Source of the DNA: an uncultured Chloroflexia bacterium
GTDB lineage: Bacteria; Chloroflexota; Limnocylindria; Limnocylindrales; CSP1-4
Direction of reading: 5' to 3'
Length of the DNA stretch: 64,000 bases
Assembly (NCBI GenBank): GCA_963748625.1
Contig: CAVVJT010000010.1
Location: 1,312,001 to 1,376,000, forward strand
Below, one piece after another: positions 35,185 through 45,578 of this stretch. Each line of letters opens with the position of its first letter. Within the stretch, counting starts at the first letter, position 1. A program made the translations under genes and the position numbers. The notes below the pieces were generated by a model. It made no database searches. It saw nothing but the letters and a program-made list of their open reading frames with translations, and was not told the origin of the DNA.

Positions 35185-36303
35185 TTGAACAGCGTCTACT
35201 CGCACCGTCTCGCACGGGCACTTCGCGCCTTGTCAGCGCGCCGCATTCGCGGCCAGTCGCTCGTCGAGTTCGCGCTCCTCCTGCCGATCCTGCTCCTGCG
35301 TGGTCTGGCGCGATCGACCTCGGCCGTGTCTACCTGGGCACGATCAATGTCCAGAACGCCGCCAAGGAGGGGCCTTCTTCGGCAGCCGGCGACCCACCTG
35401 CGACGTCGAGTGGCGGCCAAGGCTGTGACGATCCCCAGAACGTCGCGGCGCGCGTCAGCACCGAGCTCGACGGAATCACAGCAGACACCATCACGGCGCG
35501 CTGCTACCCCGCCGGCACAACCAACTTCGCCTCGGGCTGGCGCAACGACCTCGCCGACTGCGTTGATGGAGACCTGTACCGCGTCACCGTCACCACGACC
35601 TTCCGTTGGCGACCCCGTTCATCGGCGAGATCATCGGCAGCACGTCCCGCTGTCAACGCCAACGCCACGTCGGTGGTCATCACCAACTTCATGGGTTCGG
35701 GGATCCGGTCGACCTCGACCCGATCCGACGAACCAGCCGACGCTGGCTCCCGGTGAGTGCGAGGTGCCGAACTTCACCAACGGCACCAAGATCTCCGGGG
35801 CCCAGAACGTGTGGCAGAACGTCGCGGGCTTCGGGACCACGGCGAACACGATTGGTCTCGAACGGTCACGCCATCGTCTGGCAGAGCCTGCCGGCGGGCA
35901 CCCGTGGCCCGTGTGCATCCACCCTGATCACGGTGGCGGACGCGCCCCAGGCGACGCCGACGCCGTCACCGACGCCGACGCCCACACCTGACGCCGACGC
36001 CGACGCCCGAGCCGACGCCGACGCCGGAGATCACGCCCACGCCCACGCCGTCTCCGTCACCCACGCCGTCTCCATCACCCACACCACCGATGTGCACGGT
36101 GCCCCAGACTGGCGTTCCCCGACAAGAAGGACCAAGCTCACCGTCACGCAAGCCGAGTCCCTGTGGCGCGGAGCCGGGTTCCGGCAGGAGAACTTCACGG
36201 CCGTGCGACCGCCCATGCAACGACTACGCGGTCGGGAGCCAGTCGTCGCAGCAAGGGTGCGAGCCGGCCGTGCCTGACGACCACGGTTCGGGTAGGTCCG
36301 TGA
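35185..36303 (+). pseudogene. TadE-like minor pilin with PT-rich linker and PASTA-like domains, multiply frameshifted (triad 2)
   Basis: [42 protein letters not shown] and CTVP fragments are spread over several frames. These could be sequencing errors. Confidence 0.7.
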
Positions 36304-36750
36304 TGGGCATCGAACCTGTTCGATCAGGCGGCGCCGGCACGGCCAGGGTCAGGCGCTGGTCGAATTCAGCCTTGTGATCATCGTGTTTCTCACGCTGGTG
36401 TTCGGCGCTGATCGACCTCGGGCGAGTGGTCTATGCGAACAACGCCCTCGCCCAGGCCGTGCGCGAGGGCGCCCGCTACGGCTCGGTGCAGGCACGGTCG
36501 GCGAACAACATCGCCGGGATTGAGGACTACACCGTGGGCAGTGTCGCCGGTATCGGAGGCGTCACCGCCACGGCCACCTGCATCCGGCCCGGCGACATCG
36601 TCATGGAGTGCAGTCCCAATGACACCCTCGAGGTGGAGGCCCGGGTGGACGTGGAGATGATCACGCCGATCATCGCCCAGCTCATGGGCGCCGCCGGCCT
36701 CAACCCGTTCGAGCTCGTGGCCACCGCGCCACGTGCTGGTCCAGAACTGA
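36303..36750 (+). pseudogene. TadE family protein, frameshifted (triad 2)
   Basis: GQALVEFSLV, then IDLGRVVYANNALAQAVREGARYG in another frame. Confidence 0.72.
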
Positions 36751-37808
36751 TGACCACGATGCAGGAAGCAGGTGCTGCCATGTCCCACCGCACCAGAGCG
36801 TCCACGCCGCCAGCGCGAGCGGGGCCAGGTCCTCCCGATGTTCGCGGGCGGCCTCATCGCGCTTCTCGTGATGGCTGGCCTCGTCATCGACACCGGCATC
36901 GCGTTCAAGGAGCGGCGCCAGGCGCAGAACACCGCCGATCTCGCAGCCATGGCGGGCACGCGTGCCGTGGCGATGAAGTACCTCGACCCCGGGACAGTGG
37001 TCACCGGGGCCACCGTCTACAACGCAATCGATGCGGCGGTGAAGTCCAACGGCTGCTCCGATCCGTGCACCTGGACCGCGGAGTACGTGCGTCCGATCGG
37101 CAACCCGTCTGCCGGCACATGGGAGTCTCTCGGCGACGTCACGAGCGGCGGGGATGTCCCCGGTGCAGCGCAAGGCGTGTCCGTAGGCAGCGAGCGTCGC
37201 CCGTCCACGTTCTTCCTGCGCGTGATCGGGCGGGACGAGTGGGATGTGGGCGCGGTCGCCACGGGAATGACGTCCCAGCTGCCCAACACGCCGCCGCCCG
37301 GCATCCTGCTGCCGATCGGCATCTACGACGCCGATTACGAGACCGGCCGCGAGTACACGCTCACGGCGGGTGACGAAGGGCCCGGGAACTTCGGTTGGAT
37401 CAGCTGGATCGACGGCGTGCAGGATGCGGTTCACCTCGCGGACTGGATCTGCAACCCGAACAACCCGGCCTTCACGTTCCCGGCCTGGTTCACCGGCACA
37501 CCGGCGTCGTGAACTCCAATGACGTGCGCGACTGCATCGAGGGGTATATCGACGCACAGACCGTCGTCTACGTCCCGATCTGGGAGCAGACGAACGGTCG
37601 ACCGGGCAGCAACCTCCAGTACGAGATCACCGGGGTCGCCGCCTTCGTGCTGACGGGTTACGACACCCACGCCGTCGAGGTCGCGGGCCGATTCGTGGAG
37701 TTCTACTCGTACCCGAGTGTGCCTGCCGGCTTCGGCGGTCCGCCCTGCAGCGCGACCGCGGACCCGGACTGCAACGAGCGCTTCAACTTCATCGGCCTGG
37801 TGCAGTAG
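36750..37808 (+). pseudogene. TadG-related protein, frameshifted at about 36800 and 37500 (triad 2)
   Basis: RGQVLPMFA, VIDTG, AQNTADLAA and GPGNFGWI, then VYVPIW...YEITGVAAF in the next frame. Confidence 0.78.
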
Positions 37809-37929
37809 TCGCCGTCCCCCAACACCTCTCCCGACGCCGGACGCGGTCTCCGCGCCCGGCGTCTGCATGTCCTGCGACGCCTCGGCGACCGCTGTAAGGC
37901 GTCTCTGACATAGGAATATCTCCTCTCCG

Positions 37930-37978
37930 CTGCAAGGTCCACCGTAGGGTGGCCGCGGCAGCGTGCCCGCCATAGGCT
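37930..37978 (+). promoter_or_regulatory. Direct-repeat box plus TAGGCT -10 upstream of Tad triad 3
   Basis: ctgcaagg (37930) and ccgtaggg (37942); TAGGCT at 37973, 31 bp after the second box. Confidence 0.55.
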
Positions 37979-38029
37979 GCGAGGACAGCCCACCACACGG
38001 GGCCGGCGAGAACCGGGGGCTCACGCGAT

Positions 38030-38932
38030 CGGCATCATCGAGCGCACGCCGCCTTCGCGTCCTCGCCGCCACGCTGGCCTGTCCAGCGAGGCCAGGCGCT
38101 GACCGAGCTCGTGCTGGTGGTGCCGGTGATCGCCCTGCTGCTGCTCGGCGCGGTCGATCTCGGCCGGCTGTTCTATGCCCGCATCTCCATCATCGGCGCC
38201 GCCCGCGAGGGCGCGATGATGGCTGCCGACTCCCCCGGCTCCTGGTCTGCCGGGGCTGCCTGCTCAGCGTCGAACAAGGTGATGTGCGCGACGCTGCGCG
38301 AGTCGGCGGGCTCGTGGGTGACCGTCGGCCCTGAGGACGTCAGCCTGACCTGCTCGCCCGAGTGCACCAGGACGTTCGGCAACACGGTCACGGTCACGGT
38401 GACCGGCCAGTTCCAGCTCCTGACACCGCTGATCGGCGCGTTCACGGGCGGACAGACGATGCACATCAGCGAGTCGTCGACGGCCCGCGTCGTTGTCACG
38501 CCGACCGTCGTCGGCGCGATACCCACTCCGACGCCCTCGCCCAGCCCCAGCCCCAGCCCGACGCCGACGCCCAGCCCGACACCCACCGGTGTTGGCCCGA
38601 CGCCCACGCCGTCACCCACGCCGTCGCCCACCCCGTCGCCGACGCCGTCGCCGACGCCGACCTGCCCGCCGCCGCGCGTGGGCCTCACGACATCGCAGCA
38701 GAACAAGAACAAGCCGGTGGTGTTCACCAGCACCTCGACCCCCACGTCGGGGTCGTGCGCCATCAACTACTACCGCTGGGACTTCGGGGACAGCACGACC
38801 GCAGCCGGCGCCCTGCCGTCGACGAGCCACTCGTACGCCGACCCCAAGGGCCGGACCTTCACCGTCACGCTCACGGTCACCACCCCGAGCGGGACGTTCT
38901 CCATCCAGCAGGCGGTCACCACGCAGTCATGA
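38030..38932 (+). CDS. TadE-like minor pilin with PT/PS linker and PKD domain (triad 3; start uncertain or frameshifted)
   Basis: [26 protein letters not shown] and YRWDFGD. There is no in-frame start codon upstream of the prepilin motif. Confidence 0.8.
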   Translation, partial: RHHRAHAAFASSPPRWPVQRGQALTELVLVVPVIALLLLGAVDLGRLFYARISIIGAAREGAMMAADSPGSWSAGAACSASNKVMCATLRESAGSWVTVGPEDVSLTCSPECTRTFGNTVTVTVTGQFQLLTPLIGAFTGGQTMHISESSTARVVVTPTVVGAIPTPTPSPSPSPSPTPTPSPTPTGVGPTPTPSPTPSPTPSPTPSPTPTCPPPRVGLTTSQQNKNKPVVFTSTSTPTSGSCAINYYRWDFGDSTTAAGALPSTSHSYADPKGRTFTVTLTVTTPSGTFSIQQAVTTQS

Positions 38933-39360
38933 GCCACCAACGCCGGCATGACCGCGGCACCGGGCGAGGGCAGGCCCTCACGGAGTTCGCCCTCGCGATC
39001 CCGGTCTTCCTCCTCCTCCTGGTCGGGGTGTTCGACCTCGGGCGGGCGGTGTACATGTACAACGGTGTCGCCGAGGCGGCGCGTGACATCGCCCGGATCA
39101 CCGCAACCCACGTCGGCAACCCGGTCGGCACCAGCAGCGCGACCGTGGCCCGCGTGGCCACGCAGCGCGGGCTGGTGCCCGGACTCGGCGACCCCGCCTT
39201 CTCCTGCGTGAGCCTGTACGGCACCGCGGTGGACGACGCCGACTGCACGTCGGGCGACTACGTCGTGGTGACCTCGACGGCCGCATTCGCCCCGGTCAGC
39301 GGGTTCGGCCTCCTCGGCTCGGTCACCCTCGCCTCCAGCAGCAGTGTCCAGGTCCCGTGA
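38929..39360 (+). CDS. TadE family protein (triad 3)
   Basis: [20 protein letters not shown] and EAARDIAR; ATGA overlap. Confidence 0.88.
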   Translation: MSHQRRHDRGTGRGQALTEFALAIPVFLLLLVGVFDLGRAVYMYNGVAEAARDIARITATHVGNPVGTSSATVARVATQRGLVPGLGDPAFSCVSLYGTAVDDADCTSGDYVVVTSTAAFAPVSGFGLLGSVTLASSSSVQVP

Positions 39361-40385
39361 TGCAGGTGTCCGCCATGCCCACACGACGTCTCCAGCCCCG
39401 GCGCAGCGAGCGCGGCCAGATCCTCGTCCTGTTCGCCCTGTCGGTGACGGCGCTCATCGCGATGGCGGGACTCGTCCTCGACGGCGGCGGGACCTTCGCC
39501 CAGCGCCGCGACCAGCAGGCGGCCGCCGACATGGCGGCCATGGCCGGCGCCAACGCCTACATGAACGTCTCGGGCAACCCTGCGGGCAAGCAGGCCGCGG
39601 CCGTCGTGGCTGCCCAGGCCGCGAGCGGCGACAACGGCTTCGCGCACAGCGGCACCACGACGGTCCGCGTCGTCGTGTCCCTGGTGTCGTCGGGCGCCAC
39701 CGTGCAGGTCGACATCACCAGCCCGCACGAGAACGGGTTCGCCCGCGTCGTCGGGTTGACGAGCTGGCCGGTCACCGTGACCGCGACCGCGGTCGCCGGG
39801 ACCATCGACACCGGCATTGGGGCTGCGCCGTGGATCATGCACATCGGTGCCTTCAACGCGAACGGGACGCCGAAGTACGCGACTCCGACCGCCTTCGGTG
39901 AGGGGAACGGCGACTATCCGATCAGCGGGACCGACATCGCCTGGACCGACTTCAATGGCCAGAACAACGTCAACACCAGCGAGGTCGAGAGCATCATCGA
40001 GGGTTCGAACATCGTCACCTCGACCATCGACTACGACCAGTACCTCGGCCAGCACAACCAGGGCAACCACACCGCCCTGTACTCGTCGGTGAACAGCCAT
40101 CTCGCAGGCAAGGACGTTCCGGTGCCCGTCGTGGGCCCCGGCTCGCCGAACTGCGCCGCGCCGATGCAGACGTACCAGAACGGCTGCTTCAAGGGATGGG
40201 CGGTGTTCCACGTGGTCTCGGCGGCCGGTGGCAGCAGCAAGACCATCACCGGCTACTTCCTCTCGGAGTTCGTCTCGCTGCCCCTGACGGTGGGCGATTG
40301 CACGCCCGCCCAGCAGGCGGCAGGCAGCTGCGGGGTGATCTCGGCAAGTCCGTTCGGGGCCTACCTGGTGCGCCTCACCAACTGA
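39357..40385 (+). CDS. TadG-related protein (triad 3)
   Basis: RGQILVLFAL, VLDGG and QQAAADMAA; overlapping start. Confidence 0.88.
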   Translation: MMQVSAMPTRRLQPRRSERGQILVLFALSVTALIAMAGLVLDGGGTFAQRRDQQAAADMAAMAGANAYMNVSGNPAGKQAAAVVAAQAASGDNGFAHSGTTTVRVVVSLVSSGATVQVDITSPHENGFARVVGLTSWPVTVTATAVAGTIDTGIGAAPWIMHIGAFNANGTPKYATPTAFGEGNGDYPISGTDIAWTDFNGQNNVNTSEVESIIEGSNIVTSTIDYDQYLGQHNQGNHTALYSSVNSHLAGKDVPVPVVGPGSPNCAAPMQTYQNGCFKGWAVFHVVSAAGGSSKTITGYFLSEFVSLPLTVGDCTPAQQAAGSCGVISASPFGAYLVRLTN

Positions 40386-40475
40386 GGGTGACCCCGACCC
40401 TGCTGATCACATAGGCCCCCGGCACCGCCGCGGGCCGACGGATGTCCGCGCCCGCTAGGACTATCGGCTCACCCG

Positions 40476-40524
40476 CTGTAAGTCCCAGCGTAAGGTGGCG
40501 GTGGGATCGTTGCCCGCCTAGGCT
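40476..40524 (+). promoter_or_regulatory. Direct-repeat box plus TAGGCT -10 upstream of Tad triad 4
   Basis: ctgtaagt (40476) and gcgtaagg (40488); TAGGCT at 40519, 31 bp after the second box as in triad 3. Confidence 0.55.
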
Positions 40525-40565
40525 GCGGAGAGCAGCCCACCGCTTCGGGGGAACCGTCCACACCG

Positions 40566-41520
40566 ATGGCACACCAGCCGTCAGTCACCACGCGCCGCGC
40601 CAGCCTGCGCCCGGTGCCGCCGTCCCGCAAGGGGCGGCCGCGCTCCGGCCAGTCGCTGGTCGAGTTCGCGCTGGTCCTGCCGGTCGTGCTGCTCGTGGTC
40701 CTCGCCGGGCTCGACTTCGGCAGGGTCTTCCTGGGCTGGGTCGACCTGCACACCATGGCGCGCGTCGGGGCGAACTTCGCCGCTGAGAACCCCGAGGCGT
40801 GGAGCCAGAACTTCCCGGACGTGCTGGCCCAGGACGAGTATGAGCGCGAGCTCCAGCAGCAGGCCGAGGGCATCAACTGCACCCTTCCCGAGACCATCCC
40901 GCAGCCTTCGTTCCCGAACGGGCCCAGCGGCGTGAACAACATCGGCACCCCGGTCACGGTCGTGGTGACGTGCTCGTTCGAGATCCTCACGCCGCTGATC
41001 AGCGCGATCCTGCCGAACCCGCTCCCGGTGTCGGCGAGCGCGGCCTTCCCCATCCGCCACGGCGCGATCCTGGACATGCCGACGCCCACCCCGCTCCCGT
41101 GGTGGATCGATGACGACGACGCCAACGCCTTCTCCATCGCCGACGCCTTCCCCGTCGCCGACGCCGACACCGACGCCGACGCCAACACCGACGCCCGATC
41201 CCGGGATCACCCCGGCCCCGGGCGCGACGCCGACGCCGCTGCCCACGCCAACACCCACGCCATCGCCAACGCCGCCGCCGATGTGCCAGGTGCCCAACCT
41301 CGTGGGCTGGACCATCCAGAATGCCCCGTACCGCTGGGGCCCCGGCAAGGTGACCGGCAAGGTCACGGTCATCGTCGGCAGCGGATTCACCACGACGCTG
41401 CTCTTCAACCCGCTCGTCGGCAAGAACGACAAGGGCGACGTGTCGAGCCAGTCGGTGTTCCCCGGCCAGTCACTCCCGTGCAACTCGACAGCCATGACCG
41501 TGACGTGGGAGCCGAGGTGA
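40566..41520 (+). CDS. TadE-like minor pilin with PT linker and PASTA-like domain (triad 4; frameshift at about 41100)
   Basis: [13 protein letters not shown] and DFGR, continuing in another frame as [10 protein letters not shown]...CQVPNLVG...VTWEPR-stop at 41520. Confidence 0.8.
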
Positions 41521-42023
41521 GCTCCGTCCGGCGTCCGCGCCGCGACCGGACCCGCGGCCAGGGGCTGGTGGAGTTCGCCCTGCTGGCGCCCGTGATGGTC
41601 TTCCTGATCATCGGGGCGGTGGACCTCGGCCGTGCGGTGGTCGCCCAGAACACCCTCGCGAACGCCGCCCGCCACGGATCCCGCGTCGCCGCGGTCAACC
41701 AGCTCAACCCGCCGGACGACGTGGACTCCTGCAACGAGGACATGCCGATCGAGCATCTCGACGAGCCGCACTGGTCAGCCCGTGCCTGCACCGCGTTCTG
41801 GGCGATCACGATGGACGTCGATCCGGCCGACGTGAGCCTGACCTACGCTCCGCCGTCGGATGACACCATCACCTGCGCTGAGAGTCATCTGCACGTCGGC
41901 TGCATCGCGAGCATCTCCGTCTCAACGCGGTGGGAGGCAATCACGCCGGTCATCGCCTCCATCGTCGGTCCCATCGACCTGACGGCCACGTCCGAGCAGC
42001 CGGTGGAGCGGGTGTTCCCGTGA
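41517..42023 (+). CDS. TadE family protein (triad 4)
   Basis: GTG start overlapping the upstream stop; [20 protein letters not shown] and NAARHGSR. Confidence 0.87.
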   Translation: MSSVRRPRRDRTRGQGLVEFALLAPVMVFLIIGAVDLGRAVVAQNTLANAARHGSRVAAVNQLNPPDDVDSCNEDMPIEHLDEPHWSARACTAFWAITMDVDPADVSLTYAPPSDDTITCAESHLHVGCIASISVSTRWEAITPVIASIVGPIDLTATSEQPVERVFP

Positions 42024-43347
42024 GCGCGCGAGGCATCCCGATGCGTGCGGCGGCAGGACCCGGCCAGCGGGACCGGGCGCGCGGCCAGGCGCTGCCCATG
42101 ATGGTCGTCGCCCTGATCGTCCTGATCGGGATGACCGGCCTCATCGTGGACGGGGGCAACGCCTGGGCCAATGCCCGCGGCGTCCAGGCCGGCGCCGATG
42201 CGGCCGCCGAGGCCGGGGCGATCGCCCTGGCCCGCCGCCTCGCGGGTGCCAAGGTGCCGACGGGTGGATGGGACGCCAACGTGCGCACGGCGGTCAACGC
42301 AAGCGCCGCGGCCAACAACGTCGTCCTCCGCGAGGCGTACTACACCGATATCTGCGGCATCCCGCTCAAGGTCGACGGCAGCTCCAGCCTCAACGACGAC
42401 GGCACGTACAAGTTCGACACTGCCCAGCCCGTGGGCTCCGGGCTGCCGGCGCCGACCAACACGACGCCCGACTGCCCGAGCCTTACGGTCGGCCCGGTCG
42501 CCGGCGTCATCGTCCTCGCGGGCAGGGACATCGACACCTACTTCAGCGGTGTCCTTGGCCTGCGGACCATCGATGTCACCATGCAGGCAACGGCCGCCGC
42601 CGGCTTCCTCCAGGAGTCCTGCGCAGCGCCACAGGGCGAGGCGTGCGGGATGCTGCCGATCGCGCTCCCGGTGACGCAGGTCACCTGTGACGGCTCGAAC
42701 AACATCGAGGACACCGGGATCCCCTGGAGCGCGGATGCGGTCAGCGTGTACATCGTCCCGCTGTGCAAGAACGGGCCGGGCAACGTCGGCTGGGTCGACT
42801 GGACGCCCAAGGGAGGCGGCACCTCGGAGACTGATCGCCAGCGTCGACAACCCGAGCAACCCGGCCGTCCCGCTGCCGTCGTGGCAGTTCATCGCGAGCG
42901 ACCGGCAACCCCAATGCGAACGGCCTGGAGGAGGCGATCCGCCAGTACGACGGCCAGGTGGTGCTCGTGCCCCAGTTCGACCTGACCTGCAACCCGGGCC
43001 CCAACAACGATCCTGACAGCTCCGTCCCCGCGATCAACACCGCACCCAACTTCGGCTGCCCCGCAGGTGACCTGGGAGGCAACGGCTCGAACCAGTGGTA
43101 CCGCATCCCGAGCTTCGCCCACTTCCGGCTCTGCGACGCGTCCAACGCACGCTGCCTGGCGATCGGCGCGGATCACGGCGCCTACATCAGTGGCAACTCC
43201 GGGCGTGACATCTGCGACACCGGCAACGGCGCGACCTCGTGCCTCATCGGCACCTTCGAGAGCGTGATCCGGACCGGGACGATCGGTGCCGGCTTCGGCG
43301 GCGGCACCGGCAACAGCAAGACGGTCGGGATCCAGCTGATCAAGTAG
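42020..43347 (+). CDS. TadG-related Cys-rich protein (triad 4; frameshifts at about 42826-42900)
   Basis: RGQALPMMVV, IVDGG, QAGADAAA and GPGNVGWVDW, with C-terminal VLVPQFD...WYRIPSFA...GIQLIK. Confidence 0.82.
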
Positions 43348-43653
43348 CCCGACCGTCAACGGCCGCTGACCGGGCACGACGCTGTCACCTGTCGGCCGGT
43401 TCCGGCCTGGGCTGGGAAAGCAGCGGGCTCGCGGTCCGGCCAGGTCCCCCGGTTGGCCGGTGGATCCCCGCATCCGGTTCCGCGAAGGTTTGCCGGATCG
43501 GTTGTCGGCCGGTTGGGGGCTGGCGCTCGGTCTGCTCGTACCACGGACCGCGAGCCTCGCGTAGCCGTACCATCCGTCACAGCAGGAGGTCACGCGCAGA
43601 GTCCAACGTCCCGATTTTCCCGGGCATCCGGGAATGGGCAGCACGGGTGAGGG

Positions 43654-45357
43654 ATGACCGCACAGGCGAGGAAGCGGCGCGACACCGGCGTGGTGGCCGG
43701 CCTGGCGCAGTTGCGCGGCTACGACCGGTCCTGGTTCCGCGCCGACCTGCTCGCCGGTGTCACCGTGACGGCGTATCTCGTGCCGCAGTGCCTGGCCTAC
43801 GCGGACCTCGCCGGCGTGCCGCCCGTGACCGGCTTGTGGGTGGCCGTGGTCGCCATGGTCACCTACTTCTTCCTGGGCACGTCCCGCCAGCTGTCGGTGG
43901 GGCCGGAGTCCGCGACGGCGATCATGGTGGCAGCCGCCGTGGCGCCACTCGCGGGCGGCGACGAGGCGCGCTGGATCGCGCTGGCGGCGGGCCTCGCCGT
44001 GATGGTGGGCATCATCTGCATCGGTGCCTGGGTCCTGCGCCTGGGGTTCGTGGCGGACCTGCTCTCCCAGCCGATCCTGCTGGGCTATATGGCCGGCGTC
44101 GCGGTGATCATGATCGCCTCGCAGCTCGGGACGATCACCGGGATCACGCTCACGACCGGCCAGCCGATCTCGCGCGTGCTCGAGCTTGCCCCGCGCCTCG
44201 ACGAGGTCAATTGGGCGTCCACCGCGCTGGGTTTCGCCGTCGTCGTGTTCCTGGTCGTCCTGCGCCGGATCAAGCCACTCGCGCCGGGGACGCTCATCGT
44301 GGTGGTGCTGGCGGGCGTCGCCGTCTGGGCGCTCGCCCTCGAGCAGCTGGGCGTGAAGATCGTGGGGCCGGTTCCGACCAGCCTGCCGGCGCCGTCGCTG
44401 CCCGCGATCTCACTTGCGGACATCTCCGCCCTGCTCGGTTCTGCGATGGCCATCACGTTCGTGGCGTACTCGGACGTGGCGCTCACCGGCCGGGCGTTCG
44501 CGGCCCGCACCGGCGAGACGATCGATCCCAACCGCGAGTTCCTGGCCATGGGCGTGGGCAATGTCGTGGCCGGCCTGACCGGCGGCTTCGCGCTGTCGGC
44601 CTCCGGCTCACGCACGGCGATCATCGACGCGATGCGCGCGCGCAGCCAGGTCGTCGGCCTGGTGGCGTCTGCGGCGGTGATCTTCGTGGTGCTCGCCGTG
44701 CCGGGCCTGATCGCGTACATCCCGCGGGCGGCCCTGGGCGGCATCGTGATCTACGCCGCGCTCCGACTGATCGACGTCCATGGTCTCGTGAAGCTGGCGA
44801 AGTTCCGCACGTCCGAGTTCGCGCTGGCGGTGATCGCGTTCACGGGCGTGATCGTGTTCGACGTGCTGGCCGGAATCCTGGTGGCCGTCGGGCTGTCCGT
44901 GGTGGAGCTGTTCGCGCGGGTGGCCCGGCCGCCGGCCGCCGTGCTGGGGCGCGTGCCGGGCCTCGCGGGTCTGCACAACGTGGAGGACTACCCGGACGCC
45001 CAGACGATCCCTGGCCTGCTGGTCTTCCGCTACGACGCGCCACTGTGCTTCGCCAACGGGCAGGACTTCCGGACCAAGGCGCTCGCGGCCGTGGATGACC
45101 AGCCGGAGCCCGTGCAGTGGTTCCTGCTCAATGCCGAGGCAATCGTTGAGCTGGACATGACCGCCGCCGAGGCGTTCCAGCAGCTGGTGAACGACCTGCG
45201 CAAACGCCAGATCGTGTTCTCGATGGCCCGGGTGAAGCAGGACCTGCGGGTGCAGCTGCTGCGGGGCGGGCTGCTCGACGTGATCGACGAGGAGCACATC
45301 TACCCGACCCTGCCCGTCGCGGTCGAGGGTTTCGAGCGCTGGAGCGAGCGCCGGTAG
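43654..45357 (+). CDS. SulP family anion transporter with STAS domain
   Basis: DLLAGVTV...PQCLAYA, GTSRQLSVGP, SGSRT and STAS FRYDAPLCFAN. Confidence 0.95.
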   Translation: MTAQARKRRDTGVVAGLAQLRGYDRSWFRADLLAGVTVTAYLVPQCLAYADLAGVPPVTGLWVAVVAMVTYFFLGTSRQLSVGPESATAIMVAAAVAPLAGGDEARWIALAAGLAVMVGIICIGAWVLRLGFVADLLSQPILLGYMAGVAVIMIASQLGTITGITLTTGQPISRVLELAPRLDEVNWASTALGFAVVVFLVVLRRIKPLAPGTLIVVVLAGVAVWALALEQLGVKIVGPVPTSLPAPSLPAISLADISALLGSAMAITFVAYSDVALTGRAFAARTGETIDPNREFLAMGVGNVVAGLTGGFALSASGSRTAIIDAMRARSQVVGLVASAAVIFVVLAVPGLIAYIPRAALGGIVIYAALRLIDVHGLVKLAKFRTSEFALAVIAFTGVIVFDVLAGILVAVGLSVVELFARVARPPAAVLGRVPGLAGLHNVEDYPDAQTIPGLLVFRYDAPLCFANGQDFRTKALAAVDDQPEPVQWFLLNAEAIVELDMTAAEAFQQLVNDLRKRQIVFSMARVKQDLRVQLLRGGLLDVIDEEHIYPTLPVAVEGFERWSERR

Positions 45358-45400
45358 GCGGCTGATCCGGGGGCTGACGCGGCGGCTGATCGGGCTGGGC

Positions 45401-45524
45401 GCGACCCCTGACACCACTGGGAGTCACCAGCGCCTCCTCTGTGCACGGCCCGTGCATCAAACCCGGACCTCCCTGCACGCGCCCTGCAGACGCCACCCGC
45501 TCCTGACTCCTGGCCGGGTCAACG
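45401..45524. repeat. Left arm of long imperfect inverted repeat (two REP-like palindromes)
   Basis: Reverse complement of 46499-46620, with exact blocks ggagtcaccagcgcc (15 bp) and ccacccgctcctgactcc (18 bp). Confidence 0.85.
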
Positions 45525-45578
45525 TGTCGGCATCGGTGGATCCGGGATAAGCCGCACATAAGGGGCACGGCCTACAAC

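Noticed and set aside
40566-42023. Apparent double-TadE 485-aa protein with a DADA-rich linker
   Set aside because: The linker is the PT-repeat read out of frame. These are two genes, matching the other triads.
31800-43400. Recombinase-driven shufflon, integron or DGR explanation for the Tad triads
   Set aside because: There is no recombinase, integrase or reverse transcriptase nearby, and no inverted cassettes, attC-like sites or near-identical template/variable repeat pair. All triads are co-oriented and highly diverged.
43348-43653. Possible structured RNA upstream of sulP
   Set aside because: Only generic GC-rich hairpins are present, with no recognisable family motif.
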